NCBI GenBank assembly: GCA_030640155.1
Contig: DAOWJX010000147.1
Location: 1 to 27,472, forward strand
Reading direction: 5' to 3'
DNA length: 27,472 nt
DNA from: Candidatus Aegiribacteria sp.
Lineage (GTDB): Bacteria; Fermentibacterota; Fermentibacteria; Fermentibacterales; JCC-6
Part shown: one piece after another, positions 1 through 8,478 of the stretch
Numbering within the stretch: position 1 is the first letter of the stretch
How the letters are laid out: every line of letters starts with the position of its first letter
Made by a program: the position numbers and the translations under genes
The notes under the pieces: model-generated
Databases searched by the model: none
Seen by the model: only the letters and a program-made list of their open reading frames with translations
Told to the model about the DNA's origin: nothing

Positions 1-258
1 AAGAAGAAGTCTATGTTTATAAACGAGACTGTCATCCCTGCCCTTCAGCTCAAGGAAGAGTGGGTTAGCATAAGCAGGGGTAGAGCAGTAACTTCTGAAA
101 CGGAATTTGTACCGTTTCCTAAGTCCCGCGAGTTTCTCATAAAACAGGTCGAACCTGTCAGTGTCGAAGTAATGACTTCTGATGAAATAGCTTCCATTTC
201 TGTCGGAATGAATATCACGTTCAAGTCTGATTTCCAATTCCCGCATTATTCCCGATAG
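1..258 (+). CDS. Hypothetical protein, C-terminal part (frame is open from position 1, so probably truncated by the window edge)
   Basis: The frame reads KKKSMFINETV... from base 1 with no stop before TAG at 256-258. It converges on the porin gene. No recognisable motif. Confidence 0.4.
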   Translation, partial: KKKSMFINETVIPALQLKEEWVSISRGRAVTSETEFVPFPKSREFLIKQVEPVSVEVMTSDEIASISVGMNITFKSDFQFPHYSR

Positions 259-329
259 CACAGCTCCACGAATAAGGTATTTGAATTCATACCTGTGAAA
301 ATGCAGGCGGAGAGCTTCAGGAGATGACA

Positions 330-1391
330 TCAGATATCGAGGGTTACTTCGAGAATGTAGTCCGTGTGTTTTTCCTCGAAGAGAATGTTATGCGGTCGAT
401 GATTCACAACAGCAGCTCTAACACACACTGGAGTTCCTGTATCAATGTTTACTGTAAAGGTCAGTTCATCTTCTTTGGAGTCAGTTGATCTGTCTGGCTG
501 CCATGAAGCCATGCTTACAGATGCGTTGATATTATCAAGAGCGGGTTTGCCCGTTTTCCATGTAATGCCGCCTGTTACCCACCATGTCTGGAATTCCGGC
601 GGGTCTACACCCTCTATTACATTCACCATTTGCCAGTTATCACCCCTGAGATACTCACTGCGGAGAAGGAATGAGAAGTCTCTGTTGATTTCAATGCCCA
701 ACTGAAGATCCACTCCCATTGCTTTCTGTCTTGCCGAGCAGGTGTAACCATCCACCGATTCAGGATCCTCTTCGCCGAACCGTAAAGCTGACAGGTCAGC
801 TCCAACCATGATACCCAAAGGCAGGTCAAATTCAGCTCTTCCCACATACTGGATCTCGTTGTCCTGGTTTAATGCAGCTGGAGAACCATTGAAGACTCCC
901 AATGAAAGTCTGGGAAGCCAGACAGGACCTGGATTCAGTATCCCAGCTACTCCAATATCTCTTCCCGAGTACAGCAGATCACTCAGTTCTCTGTGTGTTA
1001 TTGAGTGATCTATCGCCTGAAGGTTCCATGAACTTGTTATCGTATTCAGGCAGAATGGCTTCTTGAATTGTCCCGCCTGCAACTCGATCGCGTTGAACGG
1101 CTCCCAGAGGATGTAGCAATCCTTCAGGAAGATCTCATCAGGTTTTATCTCCAGCTGAAGCTGTCCATTAAGATTATTGTAAATATCGAAATCTGCTGTC
1201 AGCCCCGCTGATTCAATGCTGAATGATCTATCCGGTATGGTCAGAGCTCCTCCGAATTCGCTGAACCTTACTCTGGCGTAAGCTGAAAGCATGAAGGTAT
1301 TCGCGTTGGCGTTTTCCACATCCACGTCCGCTGAAACAGTTGCCGCCATGAATATTGTTAAAACCAGTGTAAGTGCAGTGGAGTATTTCAT
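330..1391 (-). CDS. Outer-membrane beta-barrel porin, phosphate-selective porin OprO/OprP-like
   Basis: Sec signal peptide (MKYSTALTLVLTIFMAATVSA). Motifs 'LQAGQFKKPF' and 'GRDIG' are typical of Porin_O_P-like proteins. Alternating amphipathic strands end in 'YILEVTLDI'. Confidence 0.7.
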   Translation of the reverse strand: MKYSTALTLVLTIFMAATVSADVDVENANANTFMLSAYARVRFSEFGGALTIPDRSFSIESAGLTADFDIYNNLNGQLQLEIKPDEIFLKDCYILWEPFNAIELQAGQFKKPFCLNTITSSWNLQAIDHSITHRELSDLLYSGRDIGVAGILNPGPVWLPRLSLGVFNGSPAALNQDNEIQYVGRAEFDLPLGIMVGADLSALRFGEEDPESVDGYTCSARQKAMGVDLQLGIEINRDFSFLLRSEYLRGDNWQMVNVIEGVDPPEFQTWWVTGGITWKTGKPALDNINASVSMASWQPDRSTDSKEDELTFTVNIDTGTPVCVRAAVVNHRPHNILFEEKHTDYILEVTLDI

Positions 1392-1481
1392 TATTTTTCC
1401 TGTTCTGTTGTTTTTTGTGTTAGAACATATAGTATAACTGTCAGAGCCTTCAGAATAAAGCTACGAGAATCGATTGTCTGT

Positions 1482-3998
1482 TCACATCCAGGGTAGAAGG
1501 ATAAACTTGCATGATGCTGATGTTCCACATGATCTAATAACTGCGAAGTAAACCCCCGGAGTAAGAGAGGGAGGTAAACTACATGACAGACTTCCTTCCA
1601 GATCAGTAAGTGACTGAGGTTGCAGGACGAGTCTGCCTGAAATGTCATAAATAAGCAGTTCTGCTGGAATATTCGGAATTATGTAATCCATGTTGAATGA
1701 TGTTGATACCGGATTAGGCCACAGGGTTTCAATCACCGGTCTGAGGATAATGGCAGGCCATCCCGGATTTGGTCTGCCGGGGGTTCCAGGCAGTTCAATC
1801 GCCTGCCAGCTTATGGAGTTCTCCAGCGAAAGCTCAGGTGAAATAAGCGAAAGCACATGGTTATCTTCCAGGGGCCAGGATACGGCATCGTACATCACTG
1901 AAAAGATCAGTCTGTCATTTTCAAGCAGGGTGACTCCATCCTTTTCATTATTGAGTCCGAAGTTCATTCCATCGATTACATCGATGTTATATCCATTCAC
2001 CGAACGGAAGGATTGTTCGTTCTCACAGACCACAAGGAAACTGCCCGGATTGATAATAGTGTTTGCCGGAAGGCTGATTTCGTTATTCTGTCCATCAATA
2101 AGTATGTATCCGGAAATATCCGCTCTGAACAGGCCTGTGTTGAACAGTTCTATCCAGTCTCCGGAGTCGCCATCGAAACAGATCTCGGATAGAATGACAG
2201 AAGAGCTTGATTCATTACAATTCACTTCCTCTTTAACTGACACAGTAAGAACAGTCTGCCACGAGGGATTCATCAGAAGAAACTCTGTATTCGAAGGTGA
2301 GGTCAGCGCGAGATCACCTAAAACAGTATTGTAAGGCATCAGATCACTCAGAAGTTCCGAATTATTGGTGAGGTACAGCGTGTCACCGGGTTCAATGACT
2401 GTCTGTTCCGATGCAAACAGTCTGGCGGGTGGATCTCCCGCCTGGAAACCGCAAAAGGAAACATCCTGGGGAGAATCTGAAGTATTAATAACAGGAAGGC
2501 TCCACAGGAAAACGGTGTATCGTATTGGGGCAAGTACTTCGAATACTTCAGGATCAAACGGATAGATGCTCCGCCTTGCAGTCGGAGCGCATACTCGGCG
2601 GGAGATTGCAGTGGGAGGAGCGTACAAAGGAAAATAAAAAGCAGTAAAGCATACTCCGCCTTCAGCTGCAGATCCCGCTTTTACAGAGAACTTTATGTGT
2701 CCATATTCCGCAGGGAAGCTGATTGTCCGACTCCATCTGCACATAGACGGATCATCCGGATACATTGTTGTGCTCTGTTTTTCCTCACCATCGCTCCACC
2801 AGATAAGAATTATGTTGTCGACCGGCTGTGCATACTCGATACTGACCTCTACAGAATCCGGGTATCCTCCTGGTTCGAATTCCCATTCCGAAAGTGTCAT
2901 GGATACTACTTCAAGCGGCAAATGCCCCCTGGATATTTCAGGGAGAAACGCTCCGCGTTCGGATACAGCTTCTCTTAAAATCGCGACTGCCTCGTCGAAA
3001 TCCTCGTTTGAACCCTGTTTGAGTGGATCAGCGTATACGCTTTCCCTTATTTCCGCGTAGATAGAGTCGATGATACCAGGTAATTCGTACCGCATAATTT
3101 CACCTGTTTGAAGGATATAATCCTCAAACATGTCTCTGTACTCATTCTGCAGAAATAGACGAGCTATCAAGGGTGAAATGCGGAAACAGTACATTGAAGT
3201 GTATCCGGTCCAGTTCGGATCGTATACACCGTTCCATGAATTACCGAATGAAGCATCCCTGTCCCAGGGGTAGTAACGCCACTCATTCAAGGGATTCAAA
3301 TGCAGGTAATAGTTCTTGCTGATGGCATCAGTGTCATTAATGGCCAGACTGACCGCGGCGTTCGCAATGAAATCCTCGAAGCTGAATGAAAGCGGGGAGA
3401 AGAGGTTAACGGCGTCAATAAGCCGGCGGACAAGATACAGGTATTCTTCATTGCCCCTTTTAGCTTCGAATCCGGTGGTTCCCAGGGTATCACACGGCTG
3501 CCAGGCGAACCTCCCAAGATGATCAACGGATTTGAAGACAGGTCCATTACCGGTGCCTGTCCGGTGGAAGAAATACTCGTCGATTCTTTCCACCTGCACA
3601 TACACACCGTAGTACTCTCCATTTACATAGAATTCCACATGCTCGGTGAGAGGAGTGGGGCGCCCAAGTTTTCTGGACAGAAGGAGTCCGAGAGCATTTC
3701 GCATAAGAGAAAGGTCTCTGTAATGAGCGTCAAGCAGGATATGAGAAGCATTTTCAATTGATGTATCGAACAGCTCGATCTTCCAGCTGAGCTTTGGTGA
3801 CCATAGAGAAGACCCTCCTCTGAATCCCGCAAGGCAGCTGCATGCTCCTGCCTCCATTTCGACATACGCGGGAAGCTGGTAATCCGCAAACGGATCGGAG
3901 TACAGGCTGTCAAGGAGTTGTGGATCCATTTGAAGATGATATGAATCAAGAGAGCCCTGAGTGCTCAGAATCAGTATGGCTCCAAGAATAATTTGCAT
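1482..3998 (-). CDS. CotH-family secreted kinase with lamin-tail domain and T9SS (Por) type-A C-terminal sorting domain
   Basis: CotH motifs: 'FRGGSS..PKLSWKI', 'DLSLMRN', 'YVNGEYYGVYVQVERID', 'NDTDAISKNYYL', 'YPWDRDASFG'. LTD motif 'LSEICFDGDSGDWIELFN'. CTD 'WPNPVS...IYDISGRLV...PGVYF'. Confidence 0.9.
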   Translation of the reverse strand: MQIILGAILILSTQGSLDSYHLQMDPQLLDSLYSDPFADYQLPAYVEMEAGACSCLAGFRGGSSLWSPKLSWKIELFDTSIENASHILLDAHYRDLSLMRNALGLLLSRKLGRPTPLTEHVEFYVNGEYYGVYVQVERIDEYFFHRTGTGNGPVFKSVDHLGRFAWQPCDTLGTTGFEAKRGNEEYLYLVRRLIDAVNLFSPLSFSFEDFIANAAVSLAINDTDAISKNYYLHLNPLNEWRYYPWDRDASFGNSWNGVYDPNWTGYTSMYCFRISPLIARLFLQNEYRDMFEDYILQTGEIMRYELPGIIDSIYAEIRESVYADPLKQGSNEDFDEAVAILREAVSERGAFLPEISRGHLPLEVVSMTLSEWEFEPGGYPDSVEVSIEYAQPVDNIILIWWSDGEEKQSTTMYPDDPSMCRWSRTISFPAEYGHIKFSVKAGSAAEGGVCFTAFYFPLYAPPTAISRRVCAPTARRSIYPFDPEVFEVLAPIRYTVFLWSLPVINTSDSPQDVSFCGFQAGDPPARLFASEQTVIEPGDTLYLTNNSELLSDLMPYNTVLGDLALTSPSNTEFLLMNPSWQTVLTVSVKEEVNCNESSSSVILSEICFDGDSGDWIELFNTGLFRADISGYILIDGQNNEISLPANTIINPGSFLVVCENEQSFRSVNGYNIDVIDGMNFGLNNEKDGVTLLENDRLIFSVMYDAVSWPLEDNHVLSLISPELSLENSISWQAIELPGTPGRPNPGWPAIILRPVIETLWPNPVSTSFNMDYIIPNIPAELLIYDISGRLVLQPQSLTDLEGSLSCSLPPSLTPGVYFAVIRSCGTSASCKFILLPWM

Positions 3999-4016
3999 TA
4001 TCTTCTTTCATTAGCT

Positions 4017-4045
4017 TTGAGAGTATCGAAACAAGTAAATATAAC
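4017..4045 (+). promoter_or_regulatory. Putative sigma70 promoter of the Zn-ribbon gene
   Basis: TTGAGA-N17-TATAAC. GGAGGAG Shine-Dalgarno precedes the ATG at 4090. Confidence 0.3.
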
Positions 4046-4089
4046 TGTTGTAAAAAATATACTGGTAGTGGTGTGCCCGGGAGGAGAGA

Positions 4090-5199
4090 ATGATGCCTGA
4101 AGAGATGAAGAACATTAACGGACCGACTGAAGAGATCAGCAATGCAGAGCACGATGACAAGAAAGTGGATATCCATGAAATTAGCTGCAGCAACTGCGGT
4201 GCTCCGCTTTCTTACATAGAAGGTGAAGCGGTCATCACCTGCGAATACTGTGGGACTACAACCATGCTTGCCGGTTTCGACAATATTGTAACTGTTGAAT
4301 CTCATTATCTTCTTCCTCCAAAAGTCGGTCGGGATGAAGCTATCGGGATTGCGTCCTCCTGGCTGGAAAAAGGCTTTTACAGATCAAAGAATCTGCCCAG
4401 GAGGGTAAGCTGGAAAAAAACAGAAGCTAAAGTTCTGCCCTATTGGATAGTCCGTTGCACCGGAAGCACTCGCTGGAGCGGGATGCAGAAACGAACGAGA
4501 ACGATCGGCGAAGGTAAGAAAAAGAAATCTGAGACATACTGGGAACCTGTACAGGGGCGCATCAAGGAAGAGTATACATGGCCTGTGTACGCAAGGGAGG
4601 ATGATTCTGAATTCTGGGGCATCCGGAACCTTGAGCCTGGAAAGCAATGCGTATTTCCAGACTGGGGCAAATTCATTCTCAGATTCGGGGGTTCGAAGAA
4701 GGCACGTAACATCAATCTTCTCAAAGACAAGAAGGATTTCTCAATTGATGAACTCAAGAAACTCAACATGCAGGAGCATATCATCAACGGTCAGATAGTT
4801 CAGGAAAGAGCTGAGAGATCCGCAAGAGACCGGATAATCGAGCTTCATCACGATAAAGCTGAAAGCAAAGCGACCAGAATCACCGATTGCGACACAACTG
4901 TCGATGTGCAGGGAGTGGACCTGGTCTACGTTCCGGTATGGGAGCTCGAGTACGGATATAAGAACAAAATCTATCACATACTTGTAGATGCAAGCCGCCA
5001 GGAAGTTCTTTCGGGAGAAGCACCGGTCAGTAAATGGGCAAAGGCAACCATATTCGATATCGTCTTCCTGTTGATAGCAGCCATTTTTGCTGCCATAGGC
5101 GGAGCATCTGACGGAGCCGCATGGCCATGGATAGGGGCAGGTATTTTCGGCGGAAGCGCTATCGCCTACTCCATCTGGACCGGAACGATGAAGGAATAA
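4090..5199 (+). CDS. Zn-ribbon-containing membrane protein (TFIIB-type ribbon, two C-terminal TM helices)
   Basis: CxxC-x17-CxxC ('CSNCGAPL...CEYCGT'), 'LPYW', 'YVPVWELEYGY..KIYHILVDA...V.GEAP' and two hydrophobic C-terminal segments. Strong SD. Confidence 0.75.
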   Translation: MMPEEMKNINGPTEEISNAEHDDKKVDIHEISCSNCGAPLSYIEGEAVITCEYCGTTTMLAGFDNIVTVESHYLLPPKVGRDEAIGIASSWLEKGFYRSKNLPRRVSWKKTEAKVLPYWIVRCTGSTRWSGMQKRTRTIGEGKKKKSETYWEPVQGRIKEEYTWPVYAREDDSEFWGIRNLEPGKQCVFPDWGKFILRFGGSKKARNINLLKDKKDFSIDELKKLNMQEHIINGQIVQERAERSARDRIIELHHDKAESKATRITDCDTTVDVQGVDLVYVPVWELEYGYKNKIYHILVDASRQEVLSGEAPVSKWAKATIFDIVFLLIAAIFAAIGGASDGAAWPWIGAGIFGGSAIAYSIWTGTMKE

Positions 5200-5207
5200 T
5201 TACCGGA

Positions 5208-6305
5208 TTACTTAAAACCGAGCCTGTACAGCCTTGGATAGTCTTCTGGAGCAAGATCCCATGCGACTATTCCATGTTCGTTTATTTCTACACGTATCAT
5301 GGTTGTATCAGGAAACGCATTCAGGGTTACCTGCCTGATTATCTCACCCTGCGGTGAGAAAACATCCCAGATCAGCTCCTTCGTAGTGCCCTGCTGTGCC
5401 CAGAGGTTGCCAAGAGAATCAATTCCGAGATTCTCCACCTGTGGCGCTTGTTCAGGAAGCTCACCGGTTATCTGCTGGCTGTTGTCGTCGATAATTACCC
5501 TGAAGGAAACCTGGGGAATATTTGAGTATCTTCCTATATCTTCCAGAGGTACAAGAACCGGTTCCGATGATATAGTGTCAATCGGCTGGCCATTCAGGTT
5601 GTATACTTCTATAAGATAATATTCCGAGTTCATTCTGTGTATGTAAATATTCCCGTTGCCTGCAGCTGCAAAAGCCAGATACCCGGGTCTGAAATCGTAA
5701 TCCTCTTCGCCGAAATCGAAAAGGTGGGTGAACGGTGTAGCCCTTGGCTCCTCAGATATTCCCTCCCAGATATTAAGCTCGTATCCCATCTTGTAGATTC
5801 CCTCCACCTGGCGCGTGGGGCAGGAGTATATAACGAAGCAGGAATCACCTGCAGCCTCCATGCTCAAGGGCATTTCAAAAACCATGTTAGGTCTGCTGCC
5901 AAGATATTCACCCTCAGCTGAGAAGAAACACACTTCCCTGCCCATCCAGTCGAATACTGCTATTCTTCCATCGCCCAGAACTGTCATTGTGCCGGGAAGG
6001 GTAAATTCACCCGGAGCTTCACCAATACCCCCAAATGAGGAGACGAAATCCCCGTTTCTATCGTATGTTGAAATGAATCCCGTTGATCGATCGAAGAGGA
6101 TAACATTCCCGCCGGGCAGAACCTCAGCTTTTATGATGGAGCCGATCATGTAGCAGCTGTCGCCCATAAGAACACCGATAGAATCGGTAATTATGAGTGT
6201 GTCGATTTCAGGGTCGGCTGGTTCTTCGATCCTGACAGGTGCCTGTTCCCCGCCGCAGGCGATAAGAACCAGTAAAGATACGATAAGACAGAAAAGAGAT
6301 TGCAT
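5208..6305 (-). CDS. Lipoprotein, 6-bladed (NHL/TolB-like) beta-propeller, paralog A
   Basis: Start reassigned to ATG 6305 (GGAG SD upstream). Lipobox LIA-C. NHL-like 'FGGIGEAPGEFTLP'. Shares 'DSIGVxxGDS' with 16967-18088. Confidence 0.85.
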   Translation of the reverse strand: MQSLFCLIVSLLVLIACGGEQAPVRIEEPADPEIDTLIITDSIGVLMGDSCYMIGSIIKAEVLPGGNVILFDRSTGFISTYDRNGDFVSSFGGIGEAPGEFTLPGTMTVLGDGRIAVFDWMGREVCFFSAEGEYLGSRPNMVFEMPLSMEAAGDSCFVIYSCPTRQVEGIYKMGYELNIWEGISEEPRATPFTHLFDFGEEDYDFRPGYLAFAAAGNGNIYIHRMNSEYYLIEVYNLNGQPIDTISSEPVLVPLEDIGRYSNIPQVSFRVIIDDNSQQITGELPEQAPQVENLGIDSLGNLWAQQGTTKELIWDVFSPQGEIIRQVTLNAFPDTTMIRVEINEHGIVAWDLAPEDYPRLYRLGFK

Positions 6306-6486
6306 TTCATTCTCCATACTTAATAGACTTTCGTTTTCCACCGGTGTACTAACCGTACAGCATGATCAGGGTATTCAATATTACTTGGAAGAGAAGTAAC
6401 AGAGTCTGTAATAAATGGTTAACCAAATCCCGGTATGCACCGGTCTGTACATTATCTACATTCTATATACAAATAAACATCTTGTC

Positions 6487-6525
6487 TGTCAAATCTTGAC
6501 AATATTGCTATCTTCTTGATACATT
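6487..6525 (+). promoter_or_regulatory. Putative sigma70 promoter of the methyltransferase; the -35 is half of a TGTCAA-N3-TTGACA palindrome
   Basis: TTGACA (6496-6501)-N18-TACATT (6520-6525) with an extended-10 TG. TGTCAA lies at 6487-6492. Confidence 0.45.
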
Positions 6526-6562
6526 AGTACTTACGCTAACGAAATATTAAGAGGGAATTTCA

Positions 6563-7576
6563 ATGCAAAGTTCAGCTCTGGAGTATCTCAGATGCCCGGA
6601 ATGCAGAGGACATCTTTCAATTCACCGTACAACAAAGCGAAATGGTGACATCAGGTCGGGTACAATGAAGTGTGCAAAATGCGACAATCAGTATCCGGTA
6701 ATTCTGGGCAGACCGGCCCTGCTGCCGAATATGGCAGTCAATACCTGGCAGGCTCCTGTGGATGAAGCTCTGGGAGTGGTGCCAGGCACACCGGTTAATG
6801 GTTTGCTTTCCCTCAACAGGCTGAAGGAGATCGGGATTGACAGGGCAATCGAACAATTACGAAATCGGAATATGAATACAGAATTGATTGAATCGGATCC
6901 GAATGCGGTCACAAAAGAACTGCTTGGAAAAGCAAGGTACCTGGATTCGGGGGAATGGTTCAAACACAAAGGAAGGGCGAAACGACTGCTCTCGTTTCCG
7001 GCTGAGGGCGGAGTCAATTTTGACATCTTCAGAGAGTTTATGAACACGGTACAGAGAACAGAGCCGGAGTATCTTATTGACCTTCTTTCAGGAGGGGGAT
7101 ACGGAGTAACGCATCAGGCGTTTCAGAACAGGGCGCTGAGACGGATTGCAGCGGTTGAACGGGATCTGAAGTGCCTGTGGAACATTCAGTACCGGTTCAA
7201 ACATATCGGGCGAAGTTCGATCAGCGAAGCAATCGGAGGGGATGTACGACGGCTTCCCATAGCATCGGAGAGTTTTGATACAGCAATGACCCTTCAGGGA
7301 CTCGTTGAACTGCATGGAATCAGCAGATTCCTGCAGGAAACATACAGAGTCCTCAAGCAGGATGGTTACTACGTAGCTCTCTATTCAGAAGATCCTGTCA
7401 CATTTGATATCATTCCTGTTTCCGATCTCAGAAAATTTGCTCTGGAGGCGAACCTTTATACCGGGCATGAGCATTTCATCAGCGCAGCGGAGAAAGTCGG
7501 CTTCAGAATGATCAGTACAAAAGCTCTCGAAGGTACAAGGGGCATGAAAAGAATCACTGTATTCAGGAAAATCTGA
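6563..7576 (+). CDS. Class I SAM-dependent methyltransferase with N-terminal Trm112-like Zn domain
   Basis: N-terminus 'LEYLRCPECRGHL...CAKCDNQYPVILGRPALLP' is Trm112-like. C-terminal Rossmann motifs 'LIDLLSGGGYG', 'AVERD', 'GGDVRRLPIASESFD'. Confidence 0.8.
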   Translation: MQSSALEYLRCPECRGHLSIHRTTKRNGDIRSGTMKCAKCDNQYPVILGRPALLPNMAVNTWQAPVDEALGVVPGTPVNGLLSLNRLKEIGIDRAIEQLRNRNMNTELIESDPNAVTKELLGKARYLDSGEWFKHKGRAKRLLSFPAEGGVNFDIFREFMNTVQRTEPEYLIDLLSGGGYGVTHQAFQNRALRRIAAVERDLKCLWNIQYRFKHIGRSSISEAIGGDVRRLPIASESFDTAMTLQGLVELHGISRFLQETYRVLKQDGYYVALYSEDPVTFDIIPVSDLRKFALEANLYTGHEHFISAAEKVGFRMISTKALEGTRGMKRITVFRKI

Positions 7577-7646
7577 TGAACAGTTCCGGTGAAATACGGT
7601 GGAAACATCAGCGGTTGAATAACGGATGTGCCGTCCTCTGATAGTA

Positions 7647-7810
7647 TTTGCTGCTACAGCAGTAAGAATCACCGTTATTCAAGTACATATCATGCAATCA
7701 AGTCCCAAAACCATGAAATTTACTGCTCTAACAGTAAAAATACAGGGTTTATTAGTTCGCAGTACTTGACTCTAACTTGAAACAGCATATTTTACTGTTA
7801 AGCCAGTAAA
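7647..7810. promoter_or_regulatory. Three palindromic operators TTTACTG-N6-CAGTAAA at 72-bp spacing (probable HipB sites)
   Basis: 7647-7666 TTTGCTG-CTACAG-CAGTAAG (2 mismatches); 7719-7738 TTTACTG-CTCTAA-CAGTAAA; 7791-7810 TTTACTG-TTAAGC-CAGTAAA. Confidence 0.65.
7766..7793 (+). promoter_or_regulatory. Putative sigma70 promoter of hipBST, with the -10 overlapping operator 3
   Basis: TTGACT-N16-TATTTT. GAGAGGA SD precedes the ATG at 7826. Confidence 0.35.
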
Positions 7811-7825
7811 TATGAGAGGATCATA

Positions 7826-8089
7826 ATGGCAAATATTACACAGGTCATTGTAAAACTTGGCGAACTTGTGCGGTTTCACCGTAACAAGGCTGGTCTGACG
7901 CAGATTCAACTGGCCGATCTGGCCGGGGTTGGGAAATCTACTGTCTACGATATCGAGAAGGGCAAGTCTACTGTTCAGATCAACAGTCTCTTTGCTGTAC
8001 TTGCCATAATGAATATTGATGTCAAATTCTCAGGACCGCTGAGCGCTGTATTCGAAAAATGGTCCGTAGCTCAATCATCAGATAAATGA
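7826..8089 (+). CDS. hipB: HipB-like XRE helix-turn-helix regulator
   Basis: 'LGELVRFHRNKAGLTQIQLADLAGVGKSTVYDIEKGK' is an HTH_3 pattern. First gene of a hipBST-type operon. Confidence 0.85.
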   Translation: MANITQVIVKLGELVRFHRNKAGLTQIQLADLAGVGKSTVYDIEKGKSTVQINSLFAVLAIMNIDVKFSGPLSAVFEKWSVAQSSDK

Positions 8090-8154
8090 GGGGCTGGAGA
8101 TAAAATGGTAATCCGGTGTCATTTCCGGAACATCAGGATTTCAGGAGTATTATC

Positions 8155-8478
8155 ATGTCGGAACCTGTAAGAAAGGCAAAAGTGTTCATGCACGGTCAAT
8201 GGGCTGGTATCCTGGAGGAGTGGGAGACCAACAGGAAATACAGGTTTATTTATCGTGATAACTACGAAGGTCCTCCGATATCGCTCACTATGTCTGTCGG
8301 ACAGGAGATCCATGAGTTCTCAAGATTCCCTGCTTTTTTCGACGGACTTCTGCCGGAGGGTGAGATGCTTGAAGGTCTTCTTCGTCAGCGGAAGATTGAC
8401 CGGCATGACTGTTTTGCACAGCTCATGGCTGTCGGGAGCGAGCTGATTGGTGCAGTCACCGTCGAGGAAATCCTATGA
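8155..8478 (+). CDS. hipS: HipS-like antitoxin (stand-alone HipA N-terminal/couple_hipA domain)
   Basis: Start at ATG 8155 (AGGAG SD). Motifs 'YRFIY...GPPISLTM' and 'FPAFFDGLLPEG'. ATGA overlap with the kinase gene. Confidence 0.85.
   Translation: MSEPVRKAKVFMHGQWAGILEEWETNRKYRFIYRDNYEGPPISLTMSVGQEIHEFSRFPAFFDGLLPEGEMLEGLLRQRKIDRHDCFAQLMAVGSELIGAVTVEEIL

Noticed and set aside
1690-2334. 214-aa plus-strand ORF and the other antisense or nested ORFs in the track (e.g. 9737-10273, 11996-12463, 23485-23832)
   Set aside because: They are shadows of well-supported genes on the opposite strand or frame, with no motifs or SD support.
7647-7810. 72-bp periodic palindromes read as a mini-CRISPR array
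   Set aside because: The conserved part is only 2x7 bp around a variable core, the gaps are 52 bp, there are no cas genes, and the position over the hipB promoter fits operators.
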